Origin: Escherichia coli
GTDB lineage: Bacteria > Pseudomonadota > Gammaproteobacteria > Enterobacterales > Enterobacteriaceae
Assembly: GCF_041886205.1 (NCBI RefSeq)
Contig: NZ_CP169029.1
Length of the DNA stretch: 64,000 bases
Direction: 5' to 3' (one strand)
The stretch's first letter is position 1, and every line of letters begins with the position of its first letter. Below, one piece after another: positions 13,450-25,993 of the stretch. The notes under the pieces were generated by a model, which searched no databases, was not told where the DNA came from, and saw only the letters and a program-made list of their open reading frames with translations. A program made the translations under genes and the position numbers.

Positions 13450-13490
13450 TGAAAGGCCAGGCAGTAACATTACTGACTGGCCTTTTTATT
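13450..13490. terminator. Bidirectional intrinsic terminator between convergent yfeX and yfeW
   Basis: Hairpin AGGCCAG...CTGGCCT flanked by A- and T-tracts. Confidence 0.6.
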
Positions 13491-14790
13491 ACTGCTTTAA
13501 CGCCGCATACACCTGATCAACCACCCAACCATAAGTTGCAATCGGCAGCTGACCGCTTACGAACATATTGGGATTTTTTTGTGGATCGGCAACTGGCGAA
13601 TGTGGCTTGTTGCTTAACATCACAATCGCCATATGATTCACCGGATCGATAACGGTCACCGTTCCAGTCCAGCCAGTGTGACCGTAGGTTTGCGGGCTTG
13701 CCAGCGTGCCAAACGTCGGCGTCATGGTGGCATTACCATTCACGCGCCAGCCGAGGCCAAAAGTGGCGTCTTCCTTAGAGCTGGTGGTGAACATCTTCAC
13801 CGTTTCCGCACTGAACAACTGCACATCGCCATAGCCGCCGCCGTTCAGCATCGTTTGCATTAACACCGCAATATCGCCGGTATTGGAAAACAAACCTGCG
13901 TGCCCGGAAACACCGCCCATCGAATAAAAGGCTTTTTCATCGTGCACCTGACCCCAGAGAGTTGAGGTGCGGATATTCGGGAAGTGGATCACGCCATCGC
14001 GGGTATTGCCGTTCAGTTCCGTAGCAGCGATTTGCTGCGGTTTAAAGCCTTTCAGCAGCGGATTAAACACCGTATGCGTCAGACCGAGCGGGCGATAAAT
14101 CGACTCTTCAACATAGCGGTCAAGCGGCTGACCGGTGACCGACTCGACGATAAATCCAAGCAGCATATAATCGACATCGCTGTAGATATGCTTGCTGCCG
14201 GGCTGATACTCCAGCGGCGTGCGCTTGATCATCTCCAGCGTCTGGCCTTTATCCTGGGAATATAACGCGCCCGCGACCGCTTTATTCGGATATTGTGGGT
14301 CCGCCGGGAAACCGCCGCTGTGATGCAGCAGGTCAGAAATCCGCAGGGTGTTTTTGCCTTTGATGGTGTCATTTGGACTATCGGCAAATCCCGGAATATA
14401 TTTCGCAATCCGATCGTCAGGATGCAGCTTGCCTTCGCTCATTAGCTTTTGCAGAGCAAAGTTTGTGGCGTACATCTTGGTATTGGAAGCCAGGTCATAC
14501 AGCGTCCCGGTGGTGGCTTTGACAGGCTGTTCCATCAATACGCTGCCATCGTACTTTTTCGCCGCTCCCCAGGCTTTGCGATACACAATCTGATTATCTT
14601 TTATAATCAGCAGGTTTACGCCGGGATAACCGGCGTCCACTTGCTGGCTAATCCAGCGATCCATCTGGTTAAGCCGTTCGACGTTGAACCCTGCTTTCTC
14701 TGGCGAACTTTCTGTCAGAACAGGGAATTTTGCGGCGCTGACGCTACAACTAACAGCCAGCAGAGAAAGATAGAGCATTGTCCGTTTCAT
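13489..14790 (-). CDS. yfeW: Penicillin-binding protein 4B (class C beta-lactamase fold) YfeW
   Basis: ORF track 13489..14877; start moved to the ATG encoding MKRTMLYLSLLAV (signal peptide); SxxK motif present (SNTK). Confidence 0.8.
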   Translation of the reverse strand: MKRTMLYLSLLAVSCSVSAAKFPVLTESSPEKAGFNVERLNQMDRWISQQVDAGYPGVNLLIIKDNQIVYRKAWGAAKKYDGSVLMEQPVKATTGTLYDLASNTKMYATNFALQKLMSEGKLHPDDRIAKYIPGFADSPNDTIKGKNTLRISDLLHHSGGFPADPQYPNKAVAGALYSQDKGQTLEMIKRTPLEYQPGSKHIYSDVDYMLLGFIVESVTGQPLDRYVEESIYRPLGLTHTVFNPLLKGFKPQQIAATELNGNTRDGVIHFPNIRTSTLWGQVHDEKAFYSMGGVSGHAGLFSNTGDIAVLMQTMLNGGGYGDVQLFSAETVKMFTTSSKEDATFGLGWRVNGNATMTPTFGTLASPQTYGHTGWTGTVTVIDPVNHMAIVMLSNKPHSPVADPQKNPNMFVSGQLPIATYGWVVDQVYAALKQ

Positions 14791-14794
14791 GATA

Positions 14795-16219
<1,425 letters not shown>

Positions 16220-16222
16220 GGG

Positions 16223-17119
16223 TTATTCCTTGTCTAAAACCTGACGAATAAAGCCGCCGTGTTGATCCAGGCGTTTTTTAGCTTCTGCGGCATCGAGATT
16301 TTTCAGCACCATCACAATGGCCGTTTTACAGTTGCGCTCGCAGGCAATTAACGCCGCTTCCGCTTGTTCGGCATTACATCCGGTGGCGTTTTTAACGATA
16401 TTGACCTGGCGCACATGCAGTTTTTCGTTGGTGGCGACCACATCGACCATCAGGTTGCCGAACACTTTGCCAGATTTAATCATCAGCCCGGTGGAGAGCA
16501 TATTGAGCACCAGTTTCTGCGCTGTACCTGCTTTCATCCGCGAAGAACCGGTAACCACTTCGGCACCTACAATCGGTGTAATGGCAAACTCTGCGGTGGT
16601 TGAAACGGCGCTCCCCGGATTACAGGAAATTCCCACTGTGCGGCAGCCGAGCTGGCGTGCGTATTCCAGTCCGGCAATTACATACGGCGTGCGACCACTG
16701 GCCGCAATACCAACCACCACATCCTGTGCCGTTAAATTAATATTTTTCAGATCGTTAACACCACCTTCCCGGCTATCTTCAGCGCCTTCCACCGCGTGCT
16801 GAATGGCATATTCGCCTCCAGCAATCAAACCAACCACCAGACCCGGTTTAACGCCGTAGGTGGGCGGACATTCGCTGGCATCCAGAATCCCCAGACGACC
16901 GGATGTTCCCGCACCGAGATAAATCAGACGACCGCCGCCGCTGACCTGGGCGTGGATAACATCGATCGCCGCGGCGATATCCGGCAGGACGCGCTCAACG
17001 GCAAGCGGTACGGTTTTATCTTCATCGTTGATAATCCGGCACATTTCCAGCGTCGATACGCGGTCAATTTCAGCCGAGGCGGTGTTCGAGCCTTCAGTAA
17101 TCATCTTTTCTAGTTGCAT
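16223..17119 (-). CDS. murQ: N-acetylmuramic acid 6-phosphate etherase MurQ (SIS domain)
   Basis: 298 aa; recognised sequence. Confidence 0.9.
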
Positions 17120-17222
17120 CGGTGGTGACCTTACTATTTACGATCAAATAATTGCAGATGTATGGAATCATATATCCCGAATTGACAGACTTAAAGGAAT
17201 CATTGAGTCTACACTCGCAGAG

Positions 17223-17238
17223 TGTGAAGAGCGTCATA
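17223..17238. promoter_or_regulatory. CRP-like site (TGTGA-N6-TCATA) in the murQ/murR divergent control region
   Basis: Match to CRP half-site consensus; murQP is known to be CRP-dependent and MurR-repressed; exact site not verified. Confidence 0.4.
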
Positions 17239-17282
17239 AGAACTTAAGCTGAATTTTTGCTGCCAGCCCAGGAGAGTGGAAG

Positions 17283-18140
17283 ATGTTGTACCTGACGAAA
17301 ATACGCAATGCGGAAAGTGAATTTACCGGGAACGAGCAAAAAATTGCTGACTTTCTGCGGGCCAACGTGAGTGAGCTGAAATCCGTCTCTTCGCGCAAGA
17401 TGGCGAAACAGCTCGGCATCAGTCAGTCGAGCATTGTGAAATTTGCCCAGAAGCTCGGCGCGCAAGGATTTACTGAATTGCGTATGGCGTTAATTGGCGA
17501 ATACAGTGCCAGCCGGGAGAAAACGAATGCCACGGCGCTGCACCTGCACAGTTCGATTACCAGTGATGATTCGCTGGAAGTGATTGCCCGCAAACTGAAT
17601 CGCGAAAAAGAGCTGGCGCTGGAGCAAACCTGTGCGTTGTTCGACTACGCGCGGCTGCAAAAAATCATTGAGGTCATCAGTAAAGCACCGTTTATCCAGA
17701 TAACTGGCCTGGGCGGGTCGGCGCTGGTGGGGCGCGATCTGTCGTTCAAACTGATGAAAATTGGCTATCGCGTGGCCTGCGAAGCCGACACGCACGTACA
17801 AGCCATCGTTTCCCAGGCGTTGAAAAAAGGCGATGTACAAATCGCTATCTCTTACAGCGGCAGTAAAAAAGAGATTGTCTTGTGCGCAGAAGCGGCACGA
17901 AAGCAGGGGGCAACGGTGATTGCCATTACTTCTCTGGCTGACTCTCCGCTGCGGCGGCTGGCGCATTTCACGCTCGATACCGTTTCCGGTGAAACCGAAT
18001 GGCGTAGCTCGTCGATGTCTACCCGCACGGCGCAAAATTCTGTTACCGATTTACTGTTTGTTGGTCTTGTGCAACTCAATGATGTGGAGTCATTGAAAAT
18101 GATTCAGCGCAGCAGTGAGCTAACACAACGCCTGAAATGA
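17283..18140 (+). CDS. murR: RpiR/MurR-family transcriptional repressor MurR (HTH plus SIS domain)
   Basis: 285 aa; divergent from murQ. Confidence 0.88.
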   Translation: MLYLTKIRNAESEFTGNEQKIADFLRANVSELKSVSSRKMAKQLGISQSSIVKFAQKLGAQGFTELRMALIGEYSASREKTNATALHLHSSITSDDSLEVIARKLNREKELALEQTCALFDYARLQKIIEVISKAPFIQITGLGGSALVGRDLSFKLMKIGYRVACEADTHVQAIVSQALKKGDVQIAISYSGSKKEIVLCAEAARKQGATVIAITSLADSPLRRLAHFTLDTVSGETEWRSSSMSTRTAQNSVTDLLFVGLVQLNDVESLKMIQRSSELTQRLK

Positions 18141-18268
18141 TGCATAAAGCAGCGACTGGATTGAGATTTTCCTGAATTAGTGAGCTGATCCGCAGCAATA
18201 TTTTGTTTATCCTGTATTTTCAGAGGGAATGGAGTGTAACGCTCTGTATTAACAAGGAGAGCATTAAA

Positions 18269-19060
18269 ATGGGTAAACTCACGGGCAAGACAGCACTGAT
18301 TACGGGCGCATTGCAGGGAATTGGCGAAGGAATTGCCAGAACTTTTGCGCGTCATGGCGCAAACCTAATCTTGCTGGATATCTCCCCTGAGATCGAAAAG
18401 CTGGCGGATGAACTGTGTGGTCGTGGTCATCGCTGTACGGCGGTTGTCGCCGATGTGCGTGACCCGGCGTCGGTAGCCGCAGCTATTAAGTGCGCGAAGG
18501 AAAAAGAAGGGCGCATTGATATCCTGGTGAATAACGCAGGCGTTTGTCGTCTGGGCAGTTTCCTCGATATGAGCGATGAAGATCGCGATTTCCATATTGA
18601 TATCAATATTAAAGGCGTATGGAACGTCACGAAGGCGGTGCTGCCGGAGATGATTGCGCGCAAAGATGGTCGCATTGTGATGATGTCTTCAGTCACTGGT
18701 GATATGGTGGCCGATCCGGGTGAAACGGCGTACGCCTTAACGAAAGCGGCGATTGTTGGCCTGACAAAATCGCTGGCGGTGGAGTACGCGCAATCCGGTA
18801 TTCGCGTTAACGCCATCTGCCCGGGATACGTCCGCACGCCAATGGCGGAAAGCATTGCCCGCCAGTCGAACCCGGAAGATCCAGAGTCGGTGCTGACTGA
18901 TATGGCAAAAGCAATCCCGCTGCGTCGCCTCGCCGATCCGCTGGAAGTCGGCGAACTGGCGGCCTTCCTCGCATCGGATGAATCCAGCTATTTAACCGGT
19001 ACACAGAATGTGATTGATGGCGGCAGCACACTGCCGGAGACGGTCAGCGTCGGTATCTGA
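18269..19060 (+). CDS. ucpA: Short-chain dehydrogenase/reductase UcpA
   Basis: ORF track 18203..19060; ATG at 18269 with AAGGAGA SD gives 263 aa; TGxxxGxG Rossmann motif. Confidence 0.82.
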   Translation: MGKLTGKTALITGALQGIGEGIARTFARHGANLILLDISPEIEKLADELCGRGHRCTAVVADVRDPASVAAAIKCAKEKEGRIDILVNNAGVCRLGSFLDMSDEDRDFHIDINIKGVWNVTKAVLPEMIARKDGRIVMMSSVTGDMVADPGETAYALTKAAIVGLTKSLAVEYAQSGIRVNAICPGYVRTPMAESIARQSNPEDPESVLTDMAKAIPLRRLADPLEVGELAAFLASDESSYLTGTQNVIDGGSTLPETVSVGI

Positions 19061-19069
19061 TTCACCTCT

Positions 19070-19105
19070 GTTTCCTCCCTGCATGTGTGGGGAGGATTTC
19101 GTCTT
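19070..19105 (+). terminator. Probable intrinsic terminator after ucpA
   Basis: Inverted repeat CCTCCC...GGGAGG followed by a T-rich tract. Confidence 0.45.
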
Positions 19106-19217
19106 ATTCCCTTTTCAACTTCCAAATCACCAAACGGTATATAAAACCGTTACTCCTTTCACGTCCGTTATAAATATGATGGCTATTAGAAAGTCATTAA
19201 ATTTATAAGGGTGCGCA

Positions 19218-20234
19218 ATGGCCGTTAACTTACTGAAAAAGAACTCACTCGCGCTGGTCGCTTCTCTGCTGCTGGCGGGCCATGTACAGGCAACGGAACT
19301 GCTGAACAGTTCTTATGACGTCTCCCGCGAGCTGTTTGCCGCCCTGAACCCGCCGTTTGAACAGCAATGGGCCAAAGATAACGGCGGCGACAAACTGACG
19401 ATAAAACAATCTCATGCCGGGTCATCAAAACAGGCGCTGGCAATTTTGCAGGGCTTAAAAGCCGACGTTGTCACTTATAACCAGGTGACCGACGTACAAA
19501 TTCTGCACGACAAAGGCAAGCTTATCCCGGCTGACTGGCAGTCGCGCCTGCCGAATAATAGCTCGCCGTTCTACTCCACCATGGGCTTCCTGGTGCGTAA
19601 GGGCAACCCGAAGAATATCCACGACTGGAACGACCTGGTGCGCTCCGACGTGAAGCTGATTTTCCCGAACCCGAAAACGTCGGGTAACGCGCGTTACACC
19701 TATTTAGCCGCGTGGGGCGCAGCGGATAAAGCTGACGGTGGCGATAAAGCCAAAACCGAACAGTTTATGACTCAGTTCCTGAAAAACGTTGAAGTGTTCG
19801 ATACCGGCGGTCGTGGCGCGACCACCACTTTTGCCGAGCGCGGCCTGGGCGATGTGCTGATCAGCTTCGAGTCGGAAGTGAACAACATCCGTAAACAGTA
19901 TGAAGCGCAGGGCTTTGAAGTGGTGATTCCGAAAACCAACATTCTGGCGGAATTCCCGGTGGCGTGGGTCGATAAAAACGTGCAGGCCAATGGTACGGAA
20001 AAAGCAGCAAAAGCCTACCTGAACTGGCTCTACAGCCCGCAGGCGCAGACCATCATCACCGACTATTACTACCGCGTAAATAACCCGGAAGTCATGGACA
20101 AACTGAAAGATAAATTCCCGCAGACCGAACTGTTCCGCGTGGAAGACAAATTTGGCTCATGGCCGGAAGTGATGAAAACCCACTTCACCAGCGGCGGCGA
20201 GTTAGACAAGCTGTTAGCAGCGGGGCGTAAGTAA
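19218..20234 (+). CDS. cysP: Thiosulfate/sulfate-binding periplasmic protein CysP
   Basis: 338 aa; signal peptide; first gene of cysPUWA. Confidence 0.92.
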   Translation: MAVNLLKKNSLALVASLLLAGHVQATELLNSSYDVSRELFAALNPPFEQQWAKDNGGDKLTIKQSHAGSSKQALAILQGLKADVVTYNQVTDVQILHDKGKLIPADWQSRLPNNSSPFYSTMGFLVRKGNPKNIHDWNDLVRSDVKLIFPNPKTSGNARYTYLAAWGAADKADGGDKAKTEQFMTQFLKNVEVFDTGGRGATTTFAERGLGDVLISFESEVNNIRKQYEAQGFEVVIPKTNILAEFPVAWVDKNVQANGTEKAAKAYLNWLYSPQAQTIITDYYYRVNNPEVMDKLKDKFPQTELFRVEDKFGSWPEVMKTHFTSGGELDKLLAAGRK

Positions 20235-21067
20235 TGTTTGCAGTTTCTTCAAGACGCGTGCTGCCGGGCTTTACTTTAAGCCTTGGCACCAGTCTGCTGT
20301 TTGTGTGCCTGATATTGCTGCTGCCGCTCTCTGCGCTGGTGATGCAGCTTTCTGAGATGAGCTGGGCGCAGTACTGGGAGGTGATCACCAACCCGCAGGT
20401 GGTCGCGGCCTACAAAGTGACGCTGCTGTCGGCGTTTGTGGCATCAATTTTTAACGGCGTTTTCGGCCTGCTGATGGCGTGGATTTTAACCCGTTATCGC
20501 TTTCCGGGCCGCACGCTGCTTGATGCGCTGATGGATTTACCCTTTGCGCTGCCAACGGCAGTCGCCGGTTTAACGCTGGCCTCGCTCTTTTCCGTGAACG
20601 GTTTTTACGGTGAATGGCTGGCGAAGTTTGATATCAAAGTCACCTATACCTGGCTTGGTATTGCGGTGGCGATGGCTTTTACCAGTATTCCGTTTGTGGT
20701 GCGTACCGTGCAGCCGGTGCTGGAAGAGTTAGGCCCGGAATATGAAGAAGCGGCAGAAACGCTTGGCGCAACGCGCTGGCAGAGTTTCTGCAAAGTGGTG
20801 CTGCCGGAACTTTCTCCGGCGCTGGTGGCGGGCGTGGCGCTGTCGTTTACCCGTAGTCTTGGTGAGTTTGGCGCGGTGATATTTATCGCCGGGAACATCG
20901 CCTGGAAGACGGAAGTGACGTCGCTGATGATTTTTGTGCGCTTGCAGGAGTTTGATTACCCGGCGGCGAGCGCGATTGCTTCGGTGATCCTCGCGGCATC
21001 ACTGCTGCTGCTGTTCTCAATTAACACTCTGCAAAGTCGCTTTGGTCGGCGTGTGGTAGGTCATTAA
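20234..21067 (+). CDS. cysU: Sulfate/thiosulfate ABC transporter permease CysU (CysT)
   Basis: 277 aa; TAATG overlap with cysP. Confidence 0.92.
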   Translation: MFAVSSRRVLPGFTLSLGTSLLFVCLILLLPLSALVMQLSEMSWAQYWEVITNPQVVAAYKVTLLSAFVASIFNGVFGLLMAWILTRYRFPGRTLLDALMDLPFALPTAVAGLTLASLFSVNGFYGEWLAKFDIKVTYTWLGIAVAMAFTSIPFVVRTVQPVLEELGPEYEEAAETLGATRWQSFCKVVLPELSPALVAGVALSFTRSLGEFGAVIFIAGNIAWKTEVTSLMIFVRLQEFDYPAASAIASVILAASLLLLFSINTLQSRFGRRVVGH

Positions 21068-21942
21068 TGGCGGAAGTTACCCAATTGAAGCGTTATGACG
21101 CGCGCCCGATTAACTGGGGCAAATGGTTTCTGATTGGCACCGGGATGCTGGTTTCGGCGTTCATCCTGCTGGTGCCGATGATTTACATCTTCGTGCAGGC
21201 ATTCAGCAAGGGGCTGATGCCGGTTTTACAGAATCTGGCCGATCCGGACATGCTGCACGCCATCTGGCTGACGGTGATGATCGCGCTGATTGCCGTACCG
21301 GTAAACCTGGTGTTCGGCATTCTGCTGGCCTGGCTGGTGACGCGCTTTAACTTCCCTGGACGCCAGTTACTGCTGACGCTACTGGACATTCCGTTTGCCG
21401 TATCGCCGGTGGTTGCCGGTCTGGTGTATCTGCTGTTCTACGGCTCTAACGGCCCGCTGGGCGGCTGGCTGGATGAACATAATCTGCAAATTATGTTCTC
21501 CTGGCCCGGAATGGTGCTGGTCACCATCTTTGTGACGTGTCCGTTTGTGGTGCGCGAGCTGGTGCCGGTGATGTTAAGCCAGGGCAGCCAGGAAGACGAA
21601 GCGGCGATTTTGCTTGGCGCGTCTGGCTGGCAGATGTTCCGTCGCGTCACATTGCCGAATATTCGCTGGGCGCTGCTTTATGGCGTGGTGCTGACCAACG
21701 CCCGCGCGATTGGCGAGTTTGGTGCAGTGTCGGTGGTTTCCGGCTCGATTCGCGGCGAAACACTTTCGCTGCCGTTACAGATTGAATTGCTGGAGCAGGA
21801 CTACAACACCGTCGGCTCCTTTACCGCCGCCGCGCTGTTGACGCTGATGGCGATTATCACCCTGTTTTTAAAGAGTATGTTGCAGTGGCGCCTGGAGAAT
21901 CAGGAAAAACGCGCGCAGCAGGAGGAGCATCATGAGCATTGA
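21067..21942 (+). CDS. cysW: Sulfate/thiosulfate ABC transporter permease CysW
   Basis: 291 aa; TAATG overlap with cysU. Confidence 0.92.
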   Translation: MAEVTQLKRYDARPINWGKWFLIGTGMLVSAFILLVPMIYIFVQAFSKGLMPVLQNLADPDMLHAIWLTVMIALIAVPVNLVFGILLAWLVTRFNFPGRQLLLTLLDIPFAVSPVVAGLVYLLFYGSNGPLGGWLDEHNLQIMFSWPGMVLVTIFVTCPFVVRELVPVMLSQGSQEDEAAILLGASGWQMFRRVTLPNIRWALLYGVVLTNARAIGEFGAVSVVSGSIRGETLSLPLQIELLEQDYNTVGSFTAAALLTLMAIITLFLKSMLQWRLENQEKRAQQEEHHEH

Positions 21943-23029
21943 GATTGCCAATATCAAGAAGTCTTTTGGTCGCACCCAGGTGCTGAATGATATCTCACTG
22001 GATATTCCTTCTGGTCAGATGGTCGCGCTGCTGGGGCCGTCCGGTTCCGGAAAAACCACGCTGCTGCGCATTATTGCCGGGCTGGAGCATCAAACCAGCG
22101 GGCATATTCGCTTCCACGGTACCGACGTGAGCCGCCTGCACGCACGCGATCGTAAAGTCGGTTTCGTGTTCCAGCATTACGCGCTGTTCCGTCATATGAC
22201 GGTGTTCGACAATATCGCTTTTGGCCTGACGGTGCTGCCACGTCGCGAGCGCCCGAATGCCGCAGCCATCAAAGCGAAAGTGACAAAATTGCTGGAGATG
22301 GTCCAGCTTGCCCATCTGGCGGATCGTTATCCGGCACAGCTTTCCGGCGGCCAGAAACAGCGCGTGGCGCTGGCGCGCGCGCTGGCTGTTGAACCGCAAA
22401 TTCTCCTGCTTGATGAACCGTTTGGCGCGCTGGATGCGCAGGTGCGTAAAGAGCTGCGTCGCTGGCTGCGTCAACTGCATGAAGAGCTGAAATTCACCAG
22501 CGTGTTCGTGACCCACGACCAGGAAGAAGCGACCGAAGTAGCTGATCGTGTAGTGGTGATGAGCCAGGGCAATATCGAGCAGGCTGATGCGCCGGACCAG
22601 GTATGGCGCGAACCAGCGACCCGATTTGTGCTCGAATTTATGGGCGAAGTGAACCGCCTGCAGGGAACCATTCGCGGCGGGCAGTTCCATGTTGGCGCAC
22701 ATCGCTGGCCGCTGGGGTATACGCCTGCGTATCAGGGGCCGGTGGATCTCTTCCTGCGCCCGTGGGAAGTGGATATCAGCCGCCGTACCAGTCTCGATTC
22801 GCCGCTGCCGGTACAGGTACTGGAAGCCAGCCCGAAAGGTCATTACACCCAATTAGTCGTGCAGCCGCTGGGGTGGTACAACGAACCGCTGACGGTTGTG
22901 ATGCATGGCGACGATGCCCCGCAGCGTGGCGAGCGTTTATTCGTTGGTCTGCAACATGCGCGGCTGTATAACGGCGACGAGCGTATCGAAACCCGCGATG
23001 AGGAACTTGCTCTCGCACAAAGCGCCTGA
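21932..23029 (+). CDS. cysA: Sulfate/thiosulfate ABC transporter ATP-binding protein CysA
   Basis: 365 aa; Walker [10 protein letters not shown], signature LSGGQKQR; 11-nt overlap with cysW. Confidence 0.93.
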   Translation: MSIEIANIKKSFGRTQVLNDISLDIPSGQMVALLGPSGSGKTTLLRIIAGLEHQTSGHIRFHGTDVSRLHARDRKVGFVFQHYALFRHMTVFDNIAFGLTVLPRRERPNAAAIKAKVTKLLEMVQLAHLADRYPAQLSGGQKQRVALARALAVEPQILLLDEPFGALDAQVRKELRRWLRQLHEELKFTSVFVTHDQEEATEVADRVVVMSQGNIEQADAPDQVWREPATRFVLEFMGEVNRLQGTIRGGQFHVGAHRWPLGYTPAYQGPVDLFLRPWEVDISRRTSLDSPLPVQVLEASPKGHYTQLVVQPLGWYNEPLTVVMHGDDAPQRGERLFVGLQHARLYNGDERIETRDEELALAQSA

Positions 23030-23050
23030 TAGGTTGAGTGAATGTTAAAC

Positions 23051-23083
23051 GCCCGGAGGCGCTTCCCGCGATCCGGGCTTTTT
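23051..23083 (+). terminator. Intrinsic terminator after cysA
   Basis: GC-rich hairpin GCCCGG...CCGGGC followed by TTTTT. Confidence 0.55.
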
Positions 23084-23100
23084 AATGGCAAGGTTTGTAA

Positions 23101-23140
23101 CCTGTAGACCTGATAAGACGCGCAAGCGTCGCATCAGGCA
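23101..23140. repeat. REP element between cysA and cysM
   Basis: Palindrome cctgtagacctgataagacgcg...cgtcgcatcaggca, typical REP. Confidence 0.8.
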
Positions 23141-23162
23141 ACACCACGTATGGATAGAGATC

Positions 23163-24074
23163 GTGAGTACATTAGAACAAACAATAGGCAATACGCCTCT
23201 GGTAAAGTTGCAGCGAATGGGGCCGAATAACGGCAGTGAAGTGTGGTTGAAACTGGAAGGCAATAACCCGGCAGGTTCGGTGAAAGATCGTGCGGCACTT
23301 TCGATGATCGTCGAGGCGGAAAAGCGCGGGGAAATTAAACCGGGTAATGTGTTAATCGAAGCCACCAGTGGTAACACCGGCATTGCGCTGGCAATGATTG
23401 CCGCGCTTAAAGGCTATCGCATGAAATTGCTGATGCCCGACAACATGAGCCAGGAACGCCGTGCGGCGATGCGTGCTTATGGTGCGGAACTGATTCTTGT
23501 CACCAAAGAGCAGGGCATGGAAGGTGCGCGCGATCTGGCGCTGGAGATGGCGAATCGTGGTGAAGGAAAGCTGCTCGATCAGTTCAATAATCCCGATAAC
23601 CCTTACGCCCATTACACCACCACCGGGCCGGAAATCTGGCAGCAGACTGGCGGGCGCATTACCCATTTTGTCTCCAGCATGGGAACAACCGGCACTATCA
23701 CCGGCGTGTCACGCTTTATGCGCGAACAATCCAAACCGGTGACCATTGTTGGCCTGCAGCCGGAAGAAGGCAGCAGTATTCCGGGCATTCGCCGCTGGCC
23801 TGCGGAATATCTGCCGGGGATTTTCAATGCTTCTCTGGTGGATGAGGTGCTGGATATTCATCAGCGCGATGCGGAAAACACCATGCGCGAACTGGCTGTG
23901 CGGGAAGGAATATTCTGTGGCGTCAGCTCCGGCGGCGCGGTTGCCGGAGCACTGCGGGTGGCAAAAGCTAACCCTGGTGCGGTGGTGGTAGCGATCATCT
24001 GCGATCGTGGCGATCGCTACCTTTCCACCGGGGTGTTTGGGGAAGAGCATTTTAGTCAGGGGGCGGGGATTTAA
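23163..24074 (+). CDS. cysM: Cysteine synthase B (O-acetylserine sulfhydrylase B) CysM
   Basis: ORF track 23085..24074; GTG at 23163 gives 303 aa starting (V)STLEQTIGNTPLVKL; PLP-enzyme motifs. Confidence 0.9.
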   Translation: MSTLEQTIGNTPLVKLQRMGPNNGSEVWLKLEGNNPAGSVKDRAALSMIVEAEKRGEIKPGNVLIEATSGNTGIALAMIAALKGYRMKLLMPDNMSQERRAAMRAYGAELILVTKEQGMEGARDLALEMANRGEGKLLDQFNNPDNPYAHYTTTGPEIWQQTGGRITHFVSSMGTTGTITGVSRFMREQSKPVTIVGLQPEEGSSIPGIRRWPAEYLPGIFNASLVDEVLDIHQRDAENTMRELAVREGIFCGVSSGGAVAGALRVAKANPGAVVVAIICDRGDRYLSTGVFGEEHFSQGAGI

Positions 24075-24076
24075 GA

Positions 24077-24445
24077 TTATTGCGCAGGCACTGTTTTATC
24101 CGTCTGCGCAATTAACGCATGTAAAAAAAGCTGTGCATTCTCATCGCTCTTACCGGGCATCTTCACGATATACGGCTTCCCGGTAATCGATGATGACGAA
24201 GCAACCTTGTCAATAAACTGCTCGGCAGTGTCAATGCGGTTACGGGTATTGCTGAGCTTCAGACGCAGGTGGGAAACCGCTTCATCGCAGGTATGTTCAT
24301 CGCCGTTGCGCACAAATATCAAATCCTTTTTCTGTGCTAATCCCTCCAGCATGGCGTTGATGCGGGCTTCTTCATGGGCAGTTAACTTCGCGTAAGCGGG
24401 GAGTGTCATTAGTAGTGTAATGACCAGACAAATGATTTTCTTCAT
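24077..24445 (-). CDS. yfeK: Secreted protein of unknown function YfeK
   Basis: 122 aa; N-terminal signal peptide; position between cysM and pdxK. Confidence 0.7.
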   Translation of the reverse strand: MKKIICLVITLLMTLPAYAKLTAHEEARINAMLEGLAQKKDLIFVRNGDEHTCDEAVSHLRLKLSNTRNRIDTAEQFIDKVASSSSITGKPYIVKMPGKSDENAQLFLHALIAQTDKTVPAQ

Positions 24446-24470
24446 TGAATTACCTTATCCTTGTTTTGTG

Positions 24471-24536
<66 letters not shown>

Positions 24537-24549
24537 GAGAAAAAATTAA

Positions 24550-25401
24550 ATGAGTAGTTTGTTGTTGTTTAACGATAAGAGCAGGGCACTGCAGGCGGAT
24601 ATCGTCGCCGTGCAGTCGCAGGTAGTGTACGGCAGCGTAGGCAACAGCATTGCCGTGCCTGCTATCAAACAGAACGGCCTGAATGTCTTTGCCGTGCCGA
24701 CGGTATTGCTGAGCAATACGCCGCATTATGACACTTTCTACGGTGGTGCGATTCCGGATGAATGGTTTAGCGGCTATTTGCGTGCACTTCAGGAGCGTGA
24801 TGCGCTGCGCCAACTTCGTGCTGTAACCACGGGCTATATGGGAACGGCATCGCAAATCAAAATCCTTGCCGAGTGGCTGACTGCGCTACGCAAAGACCAT
24901 CCTGACCTATTGATCATGGTCGATCCGGTGATTGGCGATATTGATAGCGGAATTTATGTCAAACCTGACCTTCCCGAGGCGTATCGACAATATTTACTGC
25001 CGCTGGCGCAGGGAATTACCCCCAATATCTTTGAGCTGGAAATCCTGACCGGTAAAAATTGCCGCGATCTCGACAGTGCCATTGCTGCCGCAAAAAGTCT
25101 GCTTTCAGACACATTAAAATGGGTGGTGATTACCAGCGCCTCCGGTAATGAAGAAAATCAGGAGATGCAGGTTGTGGTGGTCACTGCCGACAGCGTGAAT
25201 GTCATTTCCCATTCACGGGTAAAAACCGACCTGAAAGGGACTGGCGACCTGTTTTGTGCTCAGCTTATCAGTGGTTTGCTGAAAGGGAAGGCATTAAACG
25301 ATGCGGTGCACCGCGCGGGGTTGCGCGTACTGGAAGTGATGCGCTACACCCAGCAGCATGAGAGCGATGAATTGATTTTGCCGCTGCTGGCGGAAGCATA
25401 A
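24550..25401 (+). CDS. pdxK: Pyridoxal/pyridoxine/pyridoxamine kinase PdxK
   Basis: 283 aa; recognised sequence. Confidence 0.9.
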   Translation: MSSLLLFNDKSRALQADIVAVQSQVVYGSVGNSIAVPAIKQNGLNVFAVPTVLLSNTPHYDTFYGGAIPDEWFSGYLRALQERDALRQLRAVTTGYMGTASQIKILAEWLTALRKDHPDLLIMVDPVIGDIDSGIYVKPDLPEAYRQYLLPLAQGITPNIFELEILTGKNCRDLDSAIAAAKSLLSDTLKWVVITSASGNEENQEMQVVVVTADSVNVISHSRVKTDLKGTGDLFCAQLISGLLKGKALNDAVHRAGLRVLEVMRYTQQHESDELILPLLAEA

Positions 25402-25430
25402 AAAAATGGCGCCGATGGGCGCCATTTTTC
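25402..25430. terminator. Bidirectional intrinsic terminator between convergent pdxK and crr
   Basis: Perfect hairpin AAATGGCGCC-GATG-GGCGCCATTT flanked by A6 and T5. Confidence 0.75.
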
Positions 25431-25443
25431 ACTGCGGCAAGAA

Positions 25444-25953
25444 TTACTTCTTGATGCGGATAACCGGGGTTTCACCCACAGTCACGCTACCGGACAGTTT
25501 GATCAGTTCTTTGATTTCGTCCATGTTGGAGATAACAACCGGAGTCAGGGTAGACTTGGCTTTCTCTTCCAGCAGCGGCAGATCAAATTCAATGACAGTA
25601 TCGCCAACTTTCACGCGCTGACCTTCTTCAGCAATACGCTTGAAGCCTTCGCCTTTCAGTTCAACGGTGTCGATACCGAAGTGGACGAACAGTTCAACGC
25701 CGCTATCAGATTCGATAGAGAATGCGTGGTTGGTTTCAAAGATTTTACCAATGGTGCCGTCTACAGGCGCGACCATTTTGTTACCCGTTGGTTTGATAGC
25801 AATACCATCACCAACGATTTTTTCCGCAAAAACGACATCCGGCACGTCTTCGATATTGACGATCTCGCCAGAGAGCGGAGCAATGATCTCAATAGTTCCG
25901 GTATCCTTCTTGTCGTCGGAAACCAGAGATTTCAGTTTATCGAACAAACCCAT
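25444..25953 (-). CDS. crr: PTS glucose-specific EIIA component (EIIA-Glc) Crr
   Basis: 169 aa; recognised sequence. Confidence 0.97.
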
Positions 25954-25993
25954 GATCTTCTCCTAAGCAGTAAATTGGGCCGCATCTCGTGGA

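Noticed and set aside
21995-22852. 285-aa ORF antisense to cysA
   Set aside because: cysA carries Walker A/B and ABC signature motifs in the sense frame; the antisense ORF is a shadow.
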